Part shown: one piece after another, positions 18,060 through 28,129 of the stretch
Layout of the letters: the number at the start of each line of letters is the position of its first letter
Position numbering within the stretch: the stretch's first letter is position 1
Assembly (NCBI GenBank): GCA_963716255.1
Contig: OY970303.1
Location: 1,376,001 to 1,440,000 of the forward strand
Direction: 5' to 3'
Origin: an uncultured Gemmatimonadales bacterium
Lineage (GTDB): Bacteria; Gemmatimonadota; Gemmatimonadetes; Longimicrobiales; Longimicrobiaceae
DNA: 64,000 nt
Notes under the pieces: model-generated
Seen by the model: the letters and a program-made list of their open reading frames with translations, nothing else
What the model was told of the DNA's origin: nothing
Databases searched by the model: none
Program-made: the position numbers and the translations under genes

Positions 18060-18542
18060 ATGAACAAGCTGCTCTGCGCCGCCTCGCTCGCGCTGGGCCT
18101 GGCCGCCTTCCCTGCCGCCGCCTCGGCCCAGAACCCGCAGACCTGCACCGCCACGGACGGGAGCTGCCGGGTGCAGCGCGTGAAGCTCGACGCCTTCACC
18201 GCGCTGGACTTCAAGGAGGAGCTGGGGCTCACGGCGGAGCAGACCACGCGAATCGAGGCCGCGCGCGCGGCGCTGCGCGAGGCGCACCGCGTGCACTGCG
18301 CGCCCATGCACGCGTCCACGCCCACCGCGGCCGAGGAAGAGCGGCACCACGCGGAGATGCAGGTGATCAGCAACCGCTACGGGTCCGAGGCAGCCGCCGT
18401 GCTCACTCCCGCGCAGCTCGCCGGCCTGGCCCGCATCCAGGTTACCCGTATCAGGGCGGAGGGCGGCCGCGAGGCGGGCCACCATGGCGGCGCGGCACAG
18501 AAGCCGGCTGAGGGCCACACCACCCAACACCCCGCGCGCTGA
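18060..18542 (+). CDS. Secreted Spy/CpxP-like (LTXXQ) protein, His-rich
   Basis: Signal peptide; LGLTAEQ and VLTPAQ motifs. Confidence 0.65.
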   Translation: MNKLLCAASLALGLAAFPAAASAQNPQTCTATDGSCRVQRVKLDAFTALDFKEELGLTAEQTTRIEAARAALREAHRVHCAPMHASTPTAAEEERHHAEMQVISNRYGSEAAAVLTPAQLAGLARIQVTRIRAEGGREAGHHGGAAQKPAEGHTTQHPAR

Positions 18543-18627
18543 CACGCCGGATCGGCGATGCGAGGAGGCCCGCCCCGGAACGGGAGCGGGCCTCCTCGCG
18601 CATGGGGGTGCCGCCGACCGAAGCCGG

Positions 18628-18782
18628 CCCCGCGGACGCAAGCACGAGCCCCGCGTGAGGGATTTCGGCCCGAAGGGGCGAGACCCAACGGCAGTATCGT
18701 TGGGGCTCGACTCCGTTACGCAGCGTTGTTTGCTGCGTTACGGAGCCGAAGCCCGACCCCGGCGCCAGCCGGGGACACGCCC
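18628..18782 (-). repeat. Dispersed repeat family A, copy 2
   Basis: cgtgagggatttcggcccgaaggggcgagac...cggagccgaagcccgaccccggcgccagccgggg. Confidence 0.9.
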
Positions 18783-18931
18783 TACCCCGCCGTCAAAAGC
18801 CGTTGCTTGTCGTGCCCCGTCGCGAACGCTATACTCCGCCCGGTCGGGCACACCTCCGGACGGCCCCGAAACTCCACCCCCGAGCCCACCGTAGACCGTC
18901 ACGGGACGGACAGCGTCCCGCGCGCTCCCCG

Positions 18932-19345
18932 ATGCCCGATCCGTACGTGAACCCACTTCCGGAACCCATCGACGCCGTGCCCGCCACCGGCCGCGAGTGG
19001 ATCGTGGAGGCCCACGGCTGCGACCCCGCCGCCCTGGCCGACCTGCCCACACTGCGGGCTCTCTTCGCGCGCATGGTGGACGAGCTGCGCCTGCACCCGG
19101 TGGCGGAGCCGCTCTGGCACGTGTTCCCGGGTCCCGGCGGAATCACCGGGCTGTGCCTGCTGGCCGAGTCGCACCTGGCCTGCCACACCTTCCCCGAGCA
19201 CGGCTCGCTCTGCCTCAACCTGTTCTGCTGCACCCCGCGCCCGGAGTGGGACTACGCGGCGCGCCTGCGCGAGCTCCTGGACGCGGACACGGTGGAGGTG
19301 CGCGCCCTGGACCGCCCCTACGCCGCCCCCGTGCCCGCCCGATGA
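18932..19345 (+). CDS. speD: S-adenosylmethionine decarboxylase family proenzyme
   Basis: GGITGLCLLAESHLACHTFPEHG (E-S-H pyruvoyl cleavage motif). Confidence 0.88.
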   Translation: MPDPYVNPLPEPIDAVPATGREWIVEAHGCDPAALADLPTLRALFARMVDELRLHPVAEPLWHVFPGPGGITGLCLLAESHLACHTFPEHGSLCLNLFCCTPRPEWDYAARLRELLDADTVEVRALDRPYAAPVPAR

Positions 19346-21246
19346 GCGGCCCCGTCGCCAACTGCCCCAGCTGCGGCGCCCCGGTGGAGTTCCGCTGGGC
19401 CGGCGCCGTGCAGACCGTCTGCACCTACTGCCAGTCGGTGCTGGTGCGCCACGACCTGGACCTGGAGGCGGTGGGCCGCAGGTCGCTCCCGCCGCCGGTG
19501 ACCTCGCCGGTACAGCTGGGCACGCGCGGCCGCTACCGGGACCGCACTTTCGAGGTGACGGGCCGCATCGCCTACGAGTACGAGCGCGGCGGCTGGAGCG
19601 AGTGGCACCTGGCCTTCGGCGACGGCAGGACCGGGTGGCTCTCGGACGCGCAGGCGGAGTACGCCGTGTCCTTCCTGGACCCGGAGCCCGGGCATCTCCC
19701 CCCCGCGGACGAGGTGCGGCTCGGATGGCGGGTCCGGCTCCAGGGGACCGACTTCGTCGCGTCGGCGCTGACCCGCGCCCGCTACGTGGGGGTGGAGGGG
19801 GAGCTCCCCTTCGAGTACTGGGACAAGGAGGAGGTTCCCTTCGTGGACCTGAAGGCCGCGGACGGGAGCTTCGCCACGCTGGACTACAGCGAGCCGGCGC
19901 CGCTCCTGTACGTGGGCGAGTACGTCGCCTTCGCCGACCTGGCGCTCACCGGGCTGCGCGAGGAGGGGGAGCGGCGCGTGGAGGGCACCCGCGCCCTCAA
20001 CTGCCCCAACTGCGGCGCCGGGGTGGAGATCCTGGACCCGGAGCGCGCCCTCAACGTGGTGTGCGGCTCGTGCAGCTCGGTGCTGGACGCCCGGTCGCCG
20101 TCGCTCGACGTGCTCCAGACCTTCCAGGCCAGGCTGAAGGTGAAGCCGCTGATCCCCATGGGGTCCAGGGGAACGTGGAAGGGTGCGGAGTACCGGGTGC
20201 TGGGCTTCCAGCAGCGCACCATCCGCGTGGAGGGGACGAACTATTCCTGGCGCGAGTACCTGCTCTTCAGCCCGCGGGAGGGATACCGCTACTTCACGGA
20301 GTACGACGGCCACTGGAACGACGTCATCCCGCTGAAGACGATCCCGGAGGAGTCGCAGGCGGGGGGCCGGCCGGTCGCGCGGCTGCACGGCGAGACGTTC
20401 AAGCACTTCCAGAGCGCGGAGGCGCGCACCAGCTACGTGCTGGGCGAGTTTCCCTGGGAGGTGCGCTTCGACGACAGGGTCACCACCGCGGATTTCGTGG
20501 CGCCGCCGCGGATGCTCTCCGCGGAGACCACGGAGGAGGAGACCACCTGGTCGCTGGGCGAGTACACCCCCGGCGACCGGGTGTGGGAGGCGTTCGGCCT
20601 GGAGGGGGAGCCCCCGCGGCCGAAGGGGGTGTACGCCAACCAGCCGTCGCCTCACGCGGGGAGGGCGGCGGCGCACTGGAAGACGTTCGGCGTGCTGCTG
20701 CTGCTCTGGGTGGTGTTCGCGATGGGGCGCGCGGCGATGGGCTCGGACGAGCTGCTCACCGGGAGCTACCGATACGAGCCCGGCTCCGAGGACCTGGCCG
20801 TGGCGACCACCCCGGCCTTCGAGCTGAAGGGGCGACCCTCGGCGCTGGGGGTGGAGGTGGCAACGGACGTCGCCAACAACTGGGTGTTCTTCAACTACGC
20901 GCTGCTCAACCAGGAGACCGGGCAGGCGATCGAGTTCGGGCGCGAGGTGAGCTTCTACTTCGGGCGGGACGGAGGCGAGAGCTGGACGGAGGGCGACAAG
21001 AAGGACGAGGCCCGCGTCCCCTCGGTTCCGCCCGGGCGCTACGTGCTGCGCATCGAGCCGGACGGCCCCGCCCCGGTGTCGTACACGGTGAAGGTGTACC
21101 ACGACGTGCCCAGCTTCGGCTTCTTCCTGGTGGCGCTGCTGGTGCTGCTGGTGCCGCCGGTGTTCGCGCTGATGGGCTCGGCGGCGTTCGAGACGTCGCG
21201 CTGGGCGGAGAGCGACTACGCCCCGGAAGAGGGAGACGACGACTGA
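19342..21246 (+). CDS. DUF4178 domain protein with zinc ribbons and C-terminal TM helices
   Basis: CPSCG..CTYC and CPNCG..CGSC; WSEWHL, GVEGELPF, WREYLLF, GEFPW. Confidence 0.85.
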   Translation: MSGPVANCPSCGAPVEFRWAGAVQTVCTYCQSVLVRHDLDLEAVGRRSLPPPVTSPVQLGTRGRYRDRTFEVTGRIAYEYERGGWSEWHLAFGDGRTGWLSDAQAEYAVSFLDPEPGHLPPADEVRLGWRVRLQGTDFVASALTRARYVGVEGELPFEYWDKEEVPFVDLKAADGSFATLDYSEPAPLLYVGEYVAFADLALTGLREEGERRVEGTRALNCPNCGAGVEILDPERALNVVCGSCSSVLDARSPSLDVLQTFQARLKVKPLIPMGSRGTWKGAEYRVLGFQQRTIRVEGTNYSWREYLLFSPREGYRYFTEYDGHWNDVIPLKTIPEESQAGGRPVARLHGETFKHFQSAEARTSYVLGEFPWEVRFDDRVTTADFVAPPRMLSAETTEEETTWSLGEYTPGDRVWEAFGLEGEPPRPKGVYANQPSPHAGRAAAHWKTFGVLLLLWVVFAMGRAAMGSDELLTGSYRYEPGSEDLAVATTPAFELKGRPSALGVEVATDVANNWVFFNYALLNQETGQAIEFGREVSFYFGRDGGESWTEGDKKDEARVPSVPPGRYVLRIEPDGPAPVSYTVKVYHDVPSFGFFLVALLVLLVPPVFALMGSAAFETSRWAESDYAPEEGDDD

Positions 21247-21434
21247 TGCGAGGCGCGAGGCTGTACCTGCTCTTCGGGCTGGGGGTGCTGGGCGTGCTGG
21301 GCCTGGCGGAGTACCGCGGGTGGAGCATGCTGCGCACCAACGAGGTCCGGAACGTTCCCACGACGGTGCGCGACAACCCCGGCGCGTACCGCCCCCACTA
21401 CTACGGCTCGGGCCGCTACGTCGGCGGAAAGTGA
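21246..21434 (+). CDS. Small membrane-anchored protein (62 aa)
   Basis: TGATG overlap; MRGARLYLLFGLGVLG...VPTTVRDNPGAYRPHYYG..GGK. Confidence 0.75.
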   Translation: MRGARLYLLFGLGVLGVLGLAEYRGWSMLRTNEVRNVPTTVRDNPGAYRPHYYGSGRYVGGK

Positions 21435-21444
21435 GACCCGGAAA

Positions 21445-21657
21445 ATGAACAACGACATCGTGCACGGCATCCTCGCCGCCGCGGTCTACGCGGTGCTCGG
21501 CATCGTGATCTTCGTGGTGGCGCTGGTCGCGGTGGACCGCACCACGCCCGGCACGCTGTGGAAGGAGATCATCGAGGAGCACAACACCGCGCTGGCCATC
21601 ATGATGGCGGGCGTTTCCATCGCCCTGGCCATCGTGATCGCGGCCGCGATCGTGTAG
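21445..21657 (+). CDS. DUF350 family small membrane protein
   Basis: DRTTPGTLWKEIIEEHNTALAI..IVIAAAI. Confidence 0.9.
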   Translation: MNNDIVHGILAAAVYAVLGIVIFVVALVAVDRTTPGTLWKEIIEEHNTALAIMMAGVSIALAIVIAAAIV

Positions 21658-21667
21658 GACCGGCAGG

Positions 21668-21720
21668 CCCTCACCCGGCTCGCTCGCGGCTCGCCACCCT
21701 CTCCCACAAGGGAAGAGGGG
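21668..21720 (+). repeat. Repeat module C (CCCTCACCC...CCCTCTCCC..GGGAGAGGG type palindrome)
   Basis: Reverse-complement relatives at 13384, 25727, 35597, 41375 and 52452. Confidence 0.8.
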
Positions 21721-21743
21721 CCTGGTTGTGGTGGTTCTGGCAT

Positions 21744-21897
21744 TTCCGTAGTACCCACATGATCCGTCGCGGAGGGAGACAGCCGGGCAGTTTCGGCTGT
21801 CTCCCTCCGGCGCAGGGAGACCCGCAGCAGTACCGCGGGGCTCCCGGAGCCCGCGCAGGAGACGGACGGCAGTATCGTCCGGCTCCGTAGCGGCCCC
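21744..21897 (+). repeat. Dispersed repeat family B, diverged copy inside the operon
   Basis: Same scaffold (gtaccc..gcggagggagac..cgcgcaggagac..ggctccgtagcggcccc) with three re-sequenced hairpins. Confidence 0.7.
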
Positions 21898-21937
21898 GCC
21901 CCACGCACACATCCCCCCGAAAACCAGGCACAAGCAG

Positions 21938-23434
21938 TTGCACGTAGCCCTCTTCCTCACCGTACTGCTCATCGCGGCGTGCGGCCTGATCTACGAGCTC
22001 GTGGCGGGCGCCCTGGCGAGCTACCTGCTGGGCGACAGCGTCACCATGTTTTCCACGGTGATCGGCACCTACCTGTTCGCCATGGGGATCGGCAGCTGGC
22101 TGTCGCGCTTCGTGAGCCGGGGGCTGGCCGCGCGCTTCGTGATGGTGGAGCTGATGGTGGCCGTGGTGGGCGGCTTCTCCTCCACGCTGCTCTTCCTGGC
22201 CTTCGCGTACACGGACTCGTTCCGCTTCCTGCTGTACGCGCTGGTGGTGCTGGTGGGGATCTTCGTGGGGCTGGAGATCCCGCTGCTCATGCGCATCCTG
22301 CGAAACCGCTTCGAGTTCAAGGACGTGGTGGCCAACGTCCTCACCTTCGACTACCTGGGCGCGCTGGGGGCGTCGCTGGTGTTCCCCCTGGTGCTGGTGC
22401 CGCAGCTGGGGCTGGTGCGCTCGGCGCTGGCCTTCGGGATCGTCAACGCGGCGGTGGCGCTGTGGTCCACGCACCTGTTCCGCGACGTGCTGGGGGCGCG
22501 GCGCATCCTCCAGGCGGGGTGCGTGGCGACGCTGGCGCTGCTGTGCGCGGGGATGGTGGGGGCGGAGCGCATCACCCGGCTGGCGGAGCGCAGCATCTAC
22601 GCGGACGAGGTGGTGTTCTCGCGCCAGTCGCCGTACCAGCGCATCGTGCTCACCGCCTGGCGCGACGACCTGCGGCTGTTCCTGAACGGGCACCTGCAGT
22701 TCTCCTCGCGCGACGAGTACCGCTACCACGAGGCCCTGGTGCACCCGGGGCTGGCGGCGCTCCCCGGCGCGCGGCGCGTGCTGGTGCTGGGCGGCGGCGA
22801 CGGCCTGGCGGTGCGCGAGGTGCTGCGCTACCCGGGCGTCCAGCAGGTGACGCTGGTGGACCTGGACCCGGAGATGACGCGCATCTTCTCCGAGCACCCG
22901 GAGCTGACGCGCCTGAACGCGGGCTCGCTCAACGACGCCCGCGTGCGGGTGGTCAACGCGGACGCGGCGGTGTGGCTGGCGGGGAACCGCGAGATGTTCG
23001 ACTTCGTGGTGGTGGACTTTCCCGACCCCTCCAACTACGCGGTGGGGAAGCTGTACACCACGGCCTTCTACCGCCTGCTGCAGGGACACCTGAGCCGCGA
23101 CGGGCTGATGGTGGTGCAGAGCACCTCGCCCATGTTCGCGCGCACGGCGTTCTGGAGCATCGTGGCGACTCTGCGCGCCTCGGGGCTCGCGGCCTGGCCG
23201 TACCACCTGTACGTGCCCTCCTTCGGCGAGTGGGGATACGTGCTCGCCGGGCGCGGCGGCTTCACCCCGCCCGCGGCGCTCCCCGGCGGGCTGCGCTTCC
23301 TGACGCCGCGCGTGCTCCCCCAGATGTTCGACTTTCCCGCGGACATGCTCCCCGTCCCCGCGGAGGCCAACCGCCTGGACGACCAGGTGCTGGTGCGCTA
23401 CTACGGCGCCGAGTGGAAGGAGATCGAGCGGTGA
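21938..23434 (+). CDS. speE: Polyamine aminopropyltransferase with an N-terminal membrane domain
   Basis: About 7 TM N-terminus (ACGLIYEL); QSPYQRI, LFLNGHLQFSSRDEYRYHEALVHP, VLVLGGGDG, VDFPDP; TTG start. Confidence 0.92.
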   Translation: MHVALFLTVLLIAACGLIYELVAGALASYLLGDSVTMFSTVIGTYLFAMGIGSWLSRFVSRGLAARFVMVELMVAVVGGFSSTLLFLAFAYTDSFRFLLYALVVLVGIFVGLEIPLLMRILRNRFEFKDVVANVLTFDYLGALGASLVFPLVLVPQLGLVRSALAFGIVNAAVALWSTHLFRDVLGARRILQAGCVATLALLCAGMVGAERITRLAERSIYADEVVFSRQSPYQRIVLTAWRDDLRLFLNGHLQFSSRDEYRYHEALVHPGLAALPGARRVLVLGGGDGLAVREVLRYPGVQQVTLVDLDPEMTRIFSEHPELTRLNAGSLNDARVRVVNADAAVWLAGNREMFDFVVVDFPDPSNYAVGKLYTTAFYRLLQGHLSRDGLMVVQSTSPMFARTAFWSIVATLRASGLAAWPYHLYVPSFGEWGYVLAGRGGFTPPAALPGGLRFLTPRVLPQMFDFPADMLPVPAEANRLDDQVLVRYYGAEWKEIER

Positions 23435-24948
23435 GCCTGTCCCGCCGCGACTTCCTCGCCGCGACGGCGGCCGTCGCGGCATCCGCGCTGGTGGGGTGCG
23501 CGCCGAAGACCGACCGTCCGCTCGCCGGCGGCTTCGTGGACGACGGCGGCGCGCGCGGGCACCGGCTGCGCGACCGCGCCCCCTTCCCCGCCCCGCGGCG
23601 GACGGTGCGCGTTCCCGTGGTGATCGTGGGCGGGGGGATCGCGGGGCTCTCCGCCGCCTGGTGGCTGGAGCGCGCCGGGATGCGCGACTGGACGCTGCTG
23701 GAGATGGAGGCGCGCGCCGGCGGCAACTCGTGCTCGGGCGAGAACGAGGTGACGGCGTACCCCTGGGCCGCGCACTACGTCCCGGTGCCGGGGCCGCGCG
23801 CCGTGCACGCCCGCGAATTGTTCGCGGAGCTGGGTGTGCTGAAGGACGGCGCCTGGGAGGAGACCATGCTGGCCTTTTCCCCGCAGGAGCGCGTCTTCCG
23901 ATGGGGGCGCTGGCACGAGGGGCTGGAGGAGACCGCCGCCGACACGCCGGCCGACCGCGCCGAGCTCGCCCGCTTCCACGAGGAGGTGGATCGCCTGCGC
24001 CGCAGCGGCGAGTTCACCATCCCCTCCTCGCTGGGCCGCCGCCCCTCCGCGCTGGACGGCGTGTCCTTTGCCCGCTGGCTGGACGCGCGCGGCTTCCGCT
24101 CGCCGGCGCTCCGCTGGTACGCCGACTACGCCTGCCGCGACGACTACGGCGCGCGGACGGCGGACACTTCCGCCTGGGCCGGCATCCACTACTTCGCCTC
24201 GCGCGAGGGCGAGCACGACGCGCCGCTCACCTGGGCGGAGGGGAACGGCTGGATCGTCCGCCGCCTCCTGGAGCGGCTGGGCGGCCGGGTGCGCACCGGG
24301 CAGATGGTGCACCGCGTGGAGCGCCGCGGCACGGGCGCGCGCGTGCTTGCCGGCGACACGGAGTACCTGGCGGATGCGGTGGTCTTCGCCGCGCCCTCGT
24401 TCCTGGCCTCGCGGCTGGTGCAGGGCGCGCCCCCCGTGGACTTCGTCTACTCGCCCTGGCTGACGGCCAACCTGACGCTGGACCGCCCGCCCGCGGAGCG
24501 CGCCGCCCCGCCCGCCTGGGACAACGTGCTCTACGACTCGCCCGCGCTGGGGTACGTGATCGCCAACCACCAGTCGCTGCGCGTCCACCAGGACCGCTCC
24601 GTCTGGACGTACTACTGGGCGCTGGCCGACGGGCCCCCGGCTGCGGCCCGGGCCACGCTGCTGCGGCGGAGCTGGCGGGAGTGGACGGAGATGATCCTCG
24701 CCGACCTGGAGCGGGCGCACCCGGACATCCGGCGCTGCGTGTCGCGAGTCGATGTGATGCGGATGGGGCACGCCATGGTGCGGCCGGTGCCGGGATTTCT
24801 TGCCTCTCCGGCGCGGCGGGCGCTGGCGGAGGCGGAGGGGCCGGTGTTCTACGCGCACTCGGACCTGAGCGGGCTGTCGCTGTTCGAGGAGGCGCAGGAC
24901 CACGGGATTTTTGCGGCGGAGCGGGTGCTGGATCGTCTCGGGCGTTGA
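23431..24948 (+). CDS. FAD-dependent amine-oxidase-like oxidoreductase with a Tat/lipoprotein-like signal
   Basis: SRRDFL..ALVGC; VVIVGGGIAGLSAA; WAAHYVPVP; HSDLSGLSLFEEA; GTGA overlap. Confidence 0.88.
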   Translation: MSLSRRDFLAATAAVAASALVGCAPKTDRPLAGGFVDDGGARGHRLRDRAPFPAPRRTVRVPVVIVGGGIAGLSAAWWLERAGMRDWTLLEMEARAGGNSCSGENEVTAYPWAAHYVPVPGPRAVHARELFAELGVLKDGAWEETMLAFSPQERVFRWGRWHEGLEETAADTPADRAELARFHEEVDRLRRSGEFTIPSSLGRRPSALDGVSFARWLDARGFRSPALRWYADYACRDDYGARTADTSAWAGIHYFASREGEHDAPLTWAEGNGWIVRRLLERLGGRVRTGQMVHRVERRGTGARVLAGDTEYLADAVVFAAPSFLASRLVQGAPPVDFVYSPWLTANLTLDRPPAERAAPPAWDNVLYDSPALGYVIANHQSLRVHQDRSVWTYYWALADGPPAAARATLLRRSWREWTEMILADLERAHPDIRRCVSRVDVMRMGHAMVRPVPGFLASPARRALAEAEGPVFYAHSDLSGLSLFEEAQDHGIFAAERVLDRLGR

Positions 24949-24969
24949 CGGAACTGCTTTGAACTGAGG

Positions 24970-25123
24970 GGTTTGGGCGTGCCCCCGGCTGGCGCCGGGG
25001 TCGGGCTTCGGCTCCGTAGGGCTGCAAACAACGCAGCCCAACGGAGTCGAGCCCCGCGAAACTGCCCGCGGGTCTCGCCCCTTCGGGCCGGAATCCCTCA
25101 CGCGGGTTCGAGCTGCGTCCGCG
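24970..25123 (+). repeat. Dispersed repeat family A, copy 3
   Basis: gggcgtgcccccggctggcgccggggtcgggcttcggctccgt...gaatccctcacgcggg. Confidence 0.9.
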
Positions 25124-25247
25124 GTCGTGCTCGGGCGCCGGATGGGCGTCGGCCACGTGGGCGATTGCCGCGCCGCCGGCCCGGGCCCATCATCCGTGCG
25201 TTCGCCGCGTCCCGCGGCACGCCGTCCCACCGCGCACCGAGGCCCAT

Positions 25248-25568
25248 GTGATCGTCGAATACGTCCGCTACACCATCCCGGAGGGCCGGGGCGAGGCCTT
25301 CGTGCAGGCCTACGCGGCGGCTTCCGCCCCGCTCGCGGCCTCGCCGCACTGCCTGGCGTACGAGCTGTCCGTCTGCGCCGAGGACCCGGCCAGCTACGTG
25401 CTGCGCATCGAGTGGGACTCGGCCGAGGGGCACATGCAGGGCTTCCGCCGCAGCCCGGAGTTCCGCGACTTCTTCGCCACCATCCGCCCGTTCGTCGGCG
25501 ACATCGCCGAGATGCGCCACTACGAGCCGACGGCGGTCCGCGGCCGCAGGGAGCCCGTCGGCGCCTGA
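25248..25568 (+). CDS. Antibiotic biosynthesis monooxygenase (ABM) family protein
   Basis: IVEYVRYTI..LRIEWDSAEGHMQGFRRSPEF..EMRHY. Confidence 0.85.
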   Translation: MIVEYVRYTIPEGRGEAFVQAYAAASAPLAASPHCLAYELSVCAEDPASYVLRIEWDSAEGHMQGFRRSPEFRDFFATIRPFVGDIAEMRHYEPTAVRGRREPVGA

Positions 25569-25602
25569 CGAAGGCAGACCCGGCACAGGTCGGGGAGAAG
25601 GT

Positions 25603-25642
25603 ACGACGGGCCCGCGGCGGATGCCGCGGGCCCGTCGTGTTT
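25603..25642. terminator. Hairpin terminator
   Basis: acgacgggcccgcggc-ggat-gccgcgggcccgtcgt-gttt. Confidence 0.65.
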
Positions 25643-25726
25643 CGGGAGCCGGCGGCCCCCATCCCCCCGGCCCCCTCCCCCGGGGAGAACGACACGGCGA
25701 GGGTGAGGAACGTCAGCGTGGAGATT

Positions 25727-25944
25727 CCCCTCTCCCGGAACGGGGGAGGGTGGCGAGCCTCAAGCGAGCCGGGTGGGGGCGCCCCCCGCGGACGCCAGCG
25801 CGAGCCCCGCGTGAGGGATTCCGGCCCGAAGGGGCGAGACCCCGCGGGCCGTTTCGCGGGGGCTCGACTCCGTTGCAGACGGTCGTTTCGTCTGCTACGG
25901 AGCCGAAGCCCGACCCCGGCGCCAGCCGGGGGCACGCCCGAACC
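25727..25944 (-). repeat. Composite: module C + linker + family A copy 4
   Basis: Same arrangement as 41375-41587. Confidence 0.9.
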
Positions 25945-25980
25945 CGCCGTCCAAAGCCATAGCCGTGGCCGTTCAAAAAC

Positions 25981-27846
25981 TCAGGCAGGCGGCGCCACCC
26001 ACCGCTCCGGCGATCGCGAGATGTCCGCCCGGACAAGGTCGCGCATGGACGCCAGCTCCGGCGGTAGCCGGTCCGCCAGGCGCGCGAACAGCTCGTCGTG
26101 CAGGTCCACCTCCCGCCGCCACTCCTCGCGGTCCACCACCATCAGCTCGCGCGCGAACGTGTCGCGCGAAAAATCCAGCCCCGACCAGTCCAGGTCCTCG
26201 TAGCGCGGCATCCACCCCAGCGGGCTCTCCACCGCGTTCGCCCGCCCATGCACCCGCTCCACGATCCAGCGCAGCACCCGCATGTTCTCGCCGAACCCCG
26301 GCCACAGGAAGCGCCCCGCCGCGTCCTTGCGGAACCAGTTCACGGCGAAGATCCGCGGCGGGTCCGGGAGCGCGTGGCCCACCTCCAGCCAGTGGTCGAA
26401 GTAGTCCGCCATGTGGTAGCCGGCGAAGGGGAGCATCGCGAACGGGTCGCGGCGCACCTCGCCCGTCGCCCCGGCCGCCGCCGCCGTGGTCTCCGAGCCC
26501 ATGGTGGCCGCCAGGTACACCCCGAAGTCCCAGTTGGCCGACTCGTAGACCAGCGGCACCACCCCGTTGCGGCGCCCGCCGAAGATGAAGGCGCCGATCT
26601 CCACCCCCTCCGGGTTCTCCCACTCCGGGTCCATGGACGGACACTGCCCCGCGGGCGCGGTGAAGCGGGCGTTGGGGTGCGCCGCGGGGGTGCCCTGCCC
26701 CGGCGTCCAGGGCTGGCCGCGCCAGTCCGTGAGCCCCTCCGGGGGCGCGTCCGTCATCCCCTCCCACCACACGTCGCCGTCCGCCGTCAGCGCCACGTTG
26801 GTGAAGATGGTGTTGGCGCGCAGCGTCGCCATGGCGTTGGGGTTCGACTTCGTGTTGGTGCCCGGCGCCACCCCGAAGAAGCCGGCCTCCGGGTTGATGG
26901 CGCGCAGCCGGCCGTCCGGCCCCGGCTTGATCCAGGCGATGTCGTCGCCGATGGTGGTGACCCTCCACCCCTCGAACGCCGCCGGGGGGATGAGCATGGC
27001 GAAGTTGGTCTTGCCGCAGGCGCTGGGAAAGGCGGCCGCCACGTAGGTCTTTTCCCCCTCCGGCGACTCCACCCCCGTGATCAGCATGTGCTCCGCCAGC
27101 CATCCCTCCTCGCGCGCCATGGCCGAGGCGATGCGCAGCGCGAAGCACTTCTTCCCCAGCAGCGCGTTGCCGCCGTAGCCGCTCCCGTACGACCAGATGG
27201 AGCGCTCCTCCGGGAAGTGGACGATGTACTTTTCCGGGTTGCACGGCCAGGGCACGTCCTGGGCACCCGGCTCCAGCGGCGCCCCCACCGAGTGCAGGCA
27301 GGGCACGAACTCGCCCGCCGCGCCGATGACGTCGTACACGGCGCTCCCCATGCGCGTCATGATGCGCATGTTCACCGCGACGTACGCCGAGTCCGACAGC
27401 TCCACCCCCACGTGCGAGATCGGCGACCCCAGCGGACCCATGCTGAAGGGGACCACGTACAGGGTGCGGCCGCGCATGCAGCCGTCGAACAGGCCGCGCA
27501 GCGTGGCCTTCATCTCCGCCGGGTCCACCCAGTGGTTGGTGGGGCCGGCGTCCTCGCGCCGCGGCGTGCAGATGAAGGTGCGGTCCTCCACGCGCGCCAC
27601 GTCCGAGGGGTCCGACCAGGCCAGGTAGCTGTTGGGCCGCTTCTGCTCGTCCAGCCTGCGGAAGGTGCCCGCGCGCACCAGCTCCCCGCAGAGCGCGTCG
27701 TACTCCTCCTGCGAGCCGTCGCAGAAGTGCACGCGCTCCGGCCGGCAGAGCGCCACCGCCTCCAGGATCCAGGCGCGCAGCCCGGGGTGGCGCAGGGACT
27801 CCGGGAACTCCACCGCCTCCGCGGCACCGTCTGCGATCGTCGCCAT
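25981..27846 (-). CDS. pckG: Phosphoenolpyruvate carboxykinase (GTP)
   Basis: [62 protein letters not shown]. Confidence 0.98.
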   Translation of the reverse strand: MATIADGAAEAVEFPESLRHPGLRAWILEAVALCRPERVHFCDGSQEEYDALCGELVRAGTFRRLDEQKRPNSYLAWSDPSDVARVEDRTFICTPRREDAGPTNHWVDPAEMKATLRGLFDGCMRGRTLYVVPFSMGPLGSPISHVGVELSDSAYVAVNMRIMTRMGSAVYDVIGAAGEFVPCLHSVGAPLEPGAQDVPWPCNPEKYIVHFPEERSIWSYGSGYGGNALLGKKCFALRIASAMAREEGWLAEHMLITGVESPEGEKTYVAAAFPSACGKTNFAMLIPPAAFEGWRVTTIGDDIAWIKPGPDGRLRAINPEAGFFGVAPGTNTKSNPNAMATLRANTIFTNVALTADGDVWWEGMTDAPPEGLTDWRGQPWTPGQGTPAAHPNARFTAPAGQCPSMDPEWENPEGVEIGAFIFGGRRNGVVPLVYESANWDFGVYLAATMGSETTAAAAGATGEVRRDPFAMLPFAGYHMADYFDHWLEVGHALPDPPRIFAVNWFRKDAAGRFLWPGFGENMRVLRWIVERVHGRANAVESPLGWMPRYEDLDWSGLDFSRDTFARELMVVDREEWRREVDLHDELFARLADRLPPELASMRDLVRADISRSPERWVAPPA

Positions 27847-27957
27847 GCTGGTGGGTCTTTTCTCGTGGAAGATCGGGCGGTCCGGGACGGCCGGGCCGCG
27901 GCTGCCGACACGGTAGCGCGCCATGCGGCGGCGGTCAACGCTCGTACTTCAAGGGCA

Positions 27958-28005
27958 GGGTTCGGGCGTGACCCCGGCTGACGCCGGGGCCGGGCTTCGG
28001 CTCCA
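27958..28005 (+). repeat. Truncated family A copy (5' two hairpins only)
   Basis: gggttcgggcgtgaccccggctgacgccggggccgggcttcggctcc. Confidence 0.8.
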
Positions 28006-28129
28006 CGTTGCTTCCCCTGTCCCGTCCGGGAGGGCGCGCTGCATGCGGCGTACCCGTGAAGCAGGAGACCTCCGGCGGAGCGGCGGCTCCACCGGAGGTC
28101 CCGTGCGCGCATGCGTGCGGCGCGGCGGT

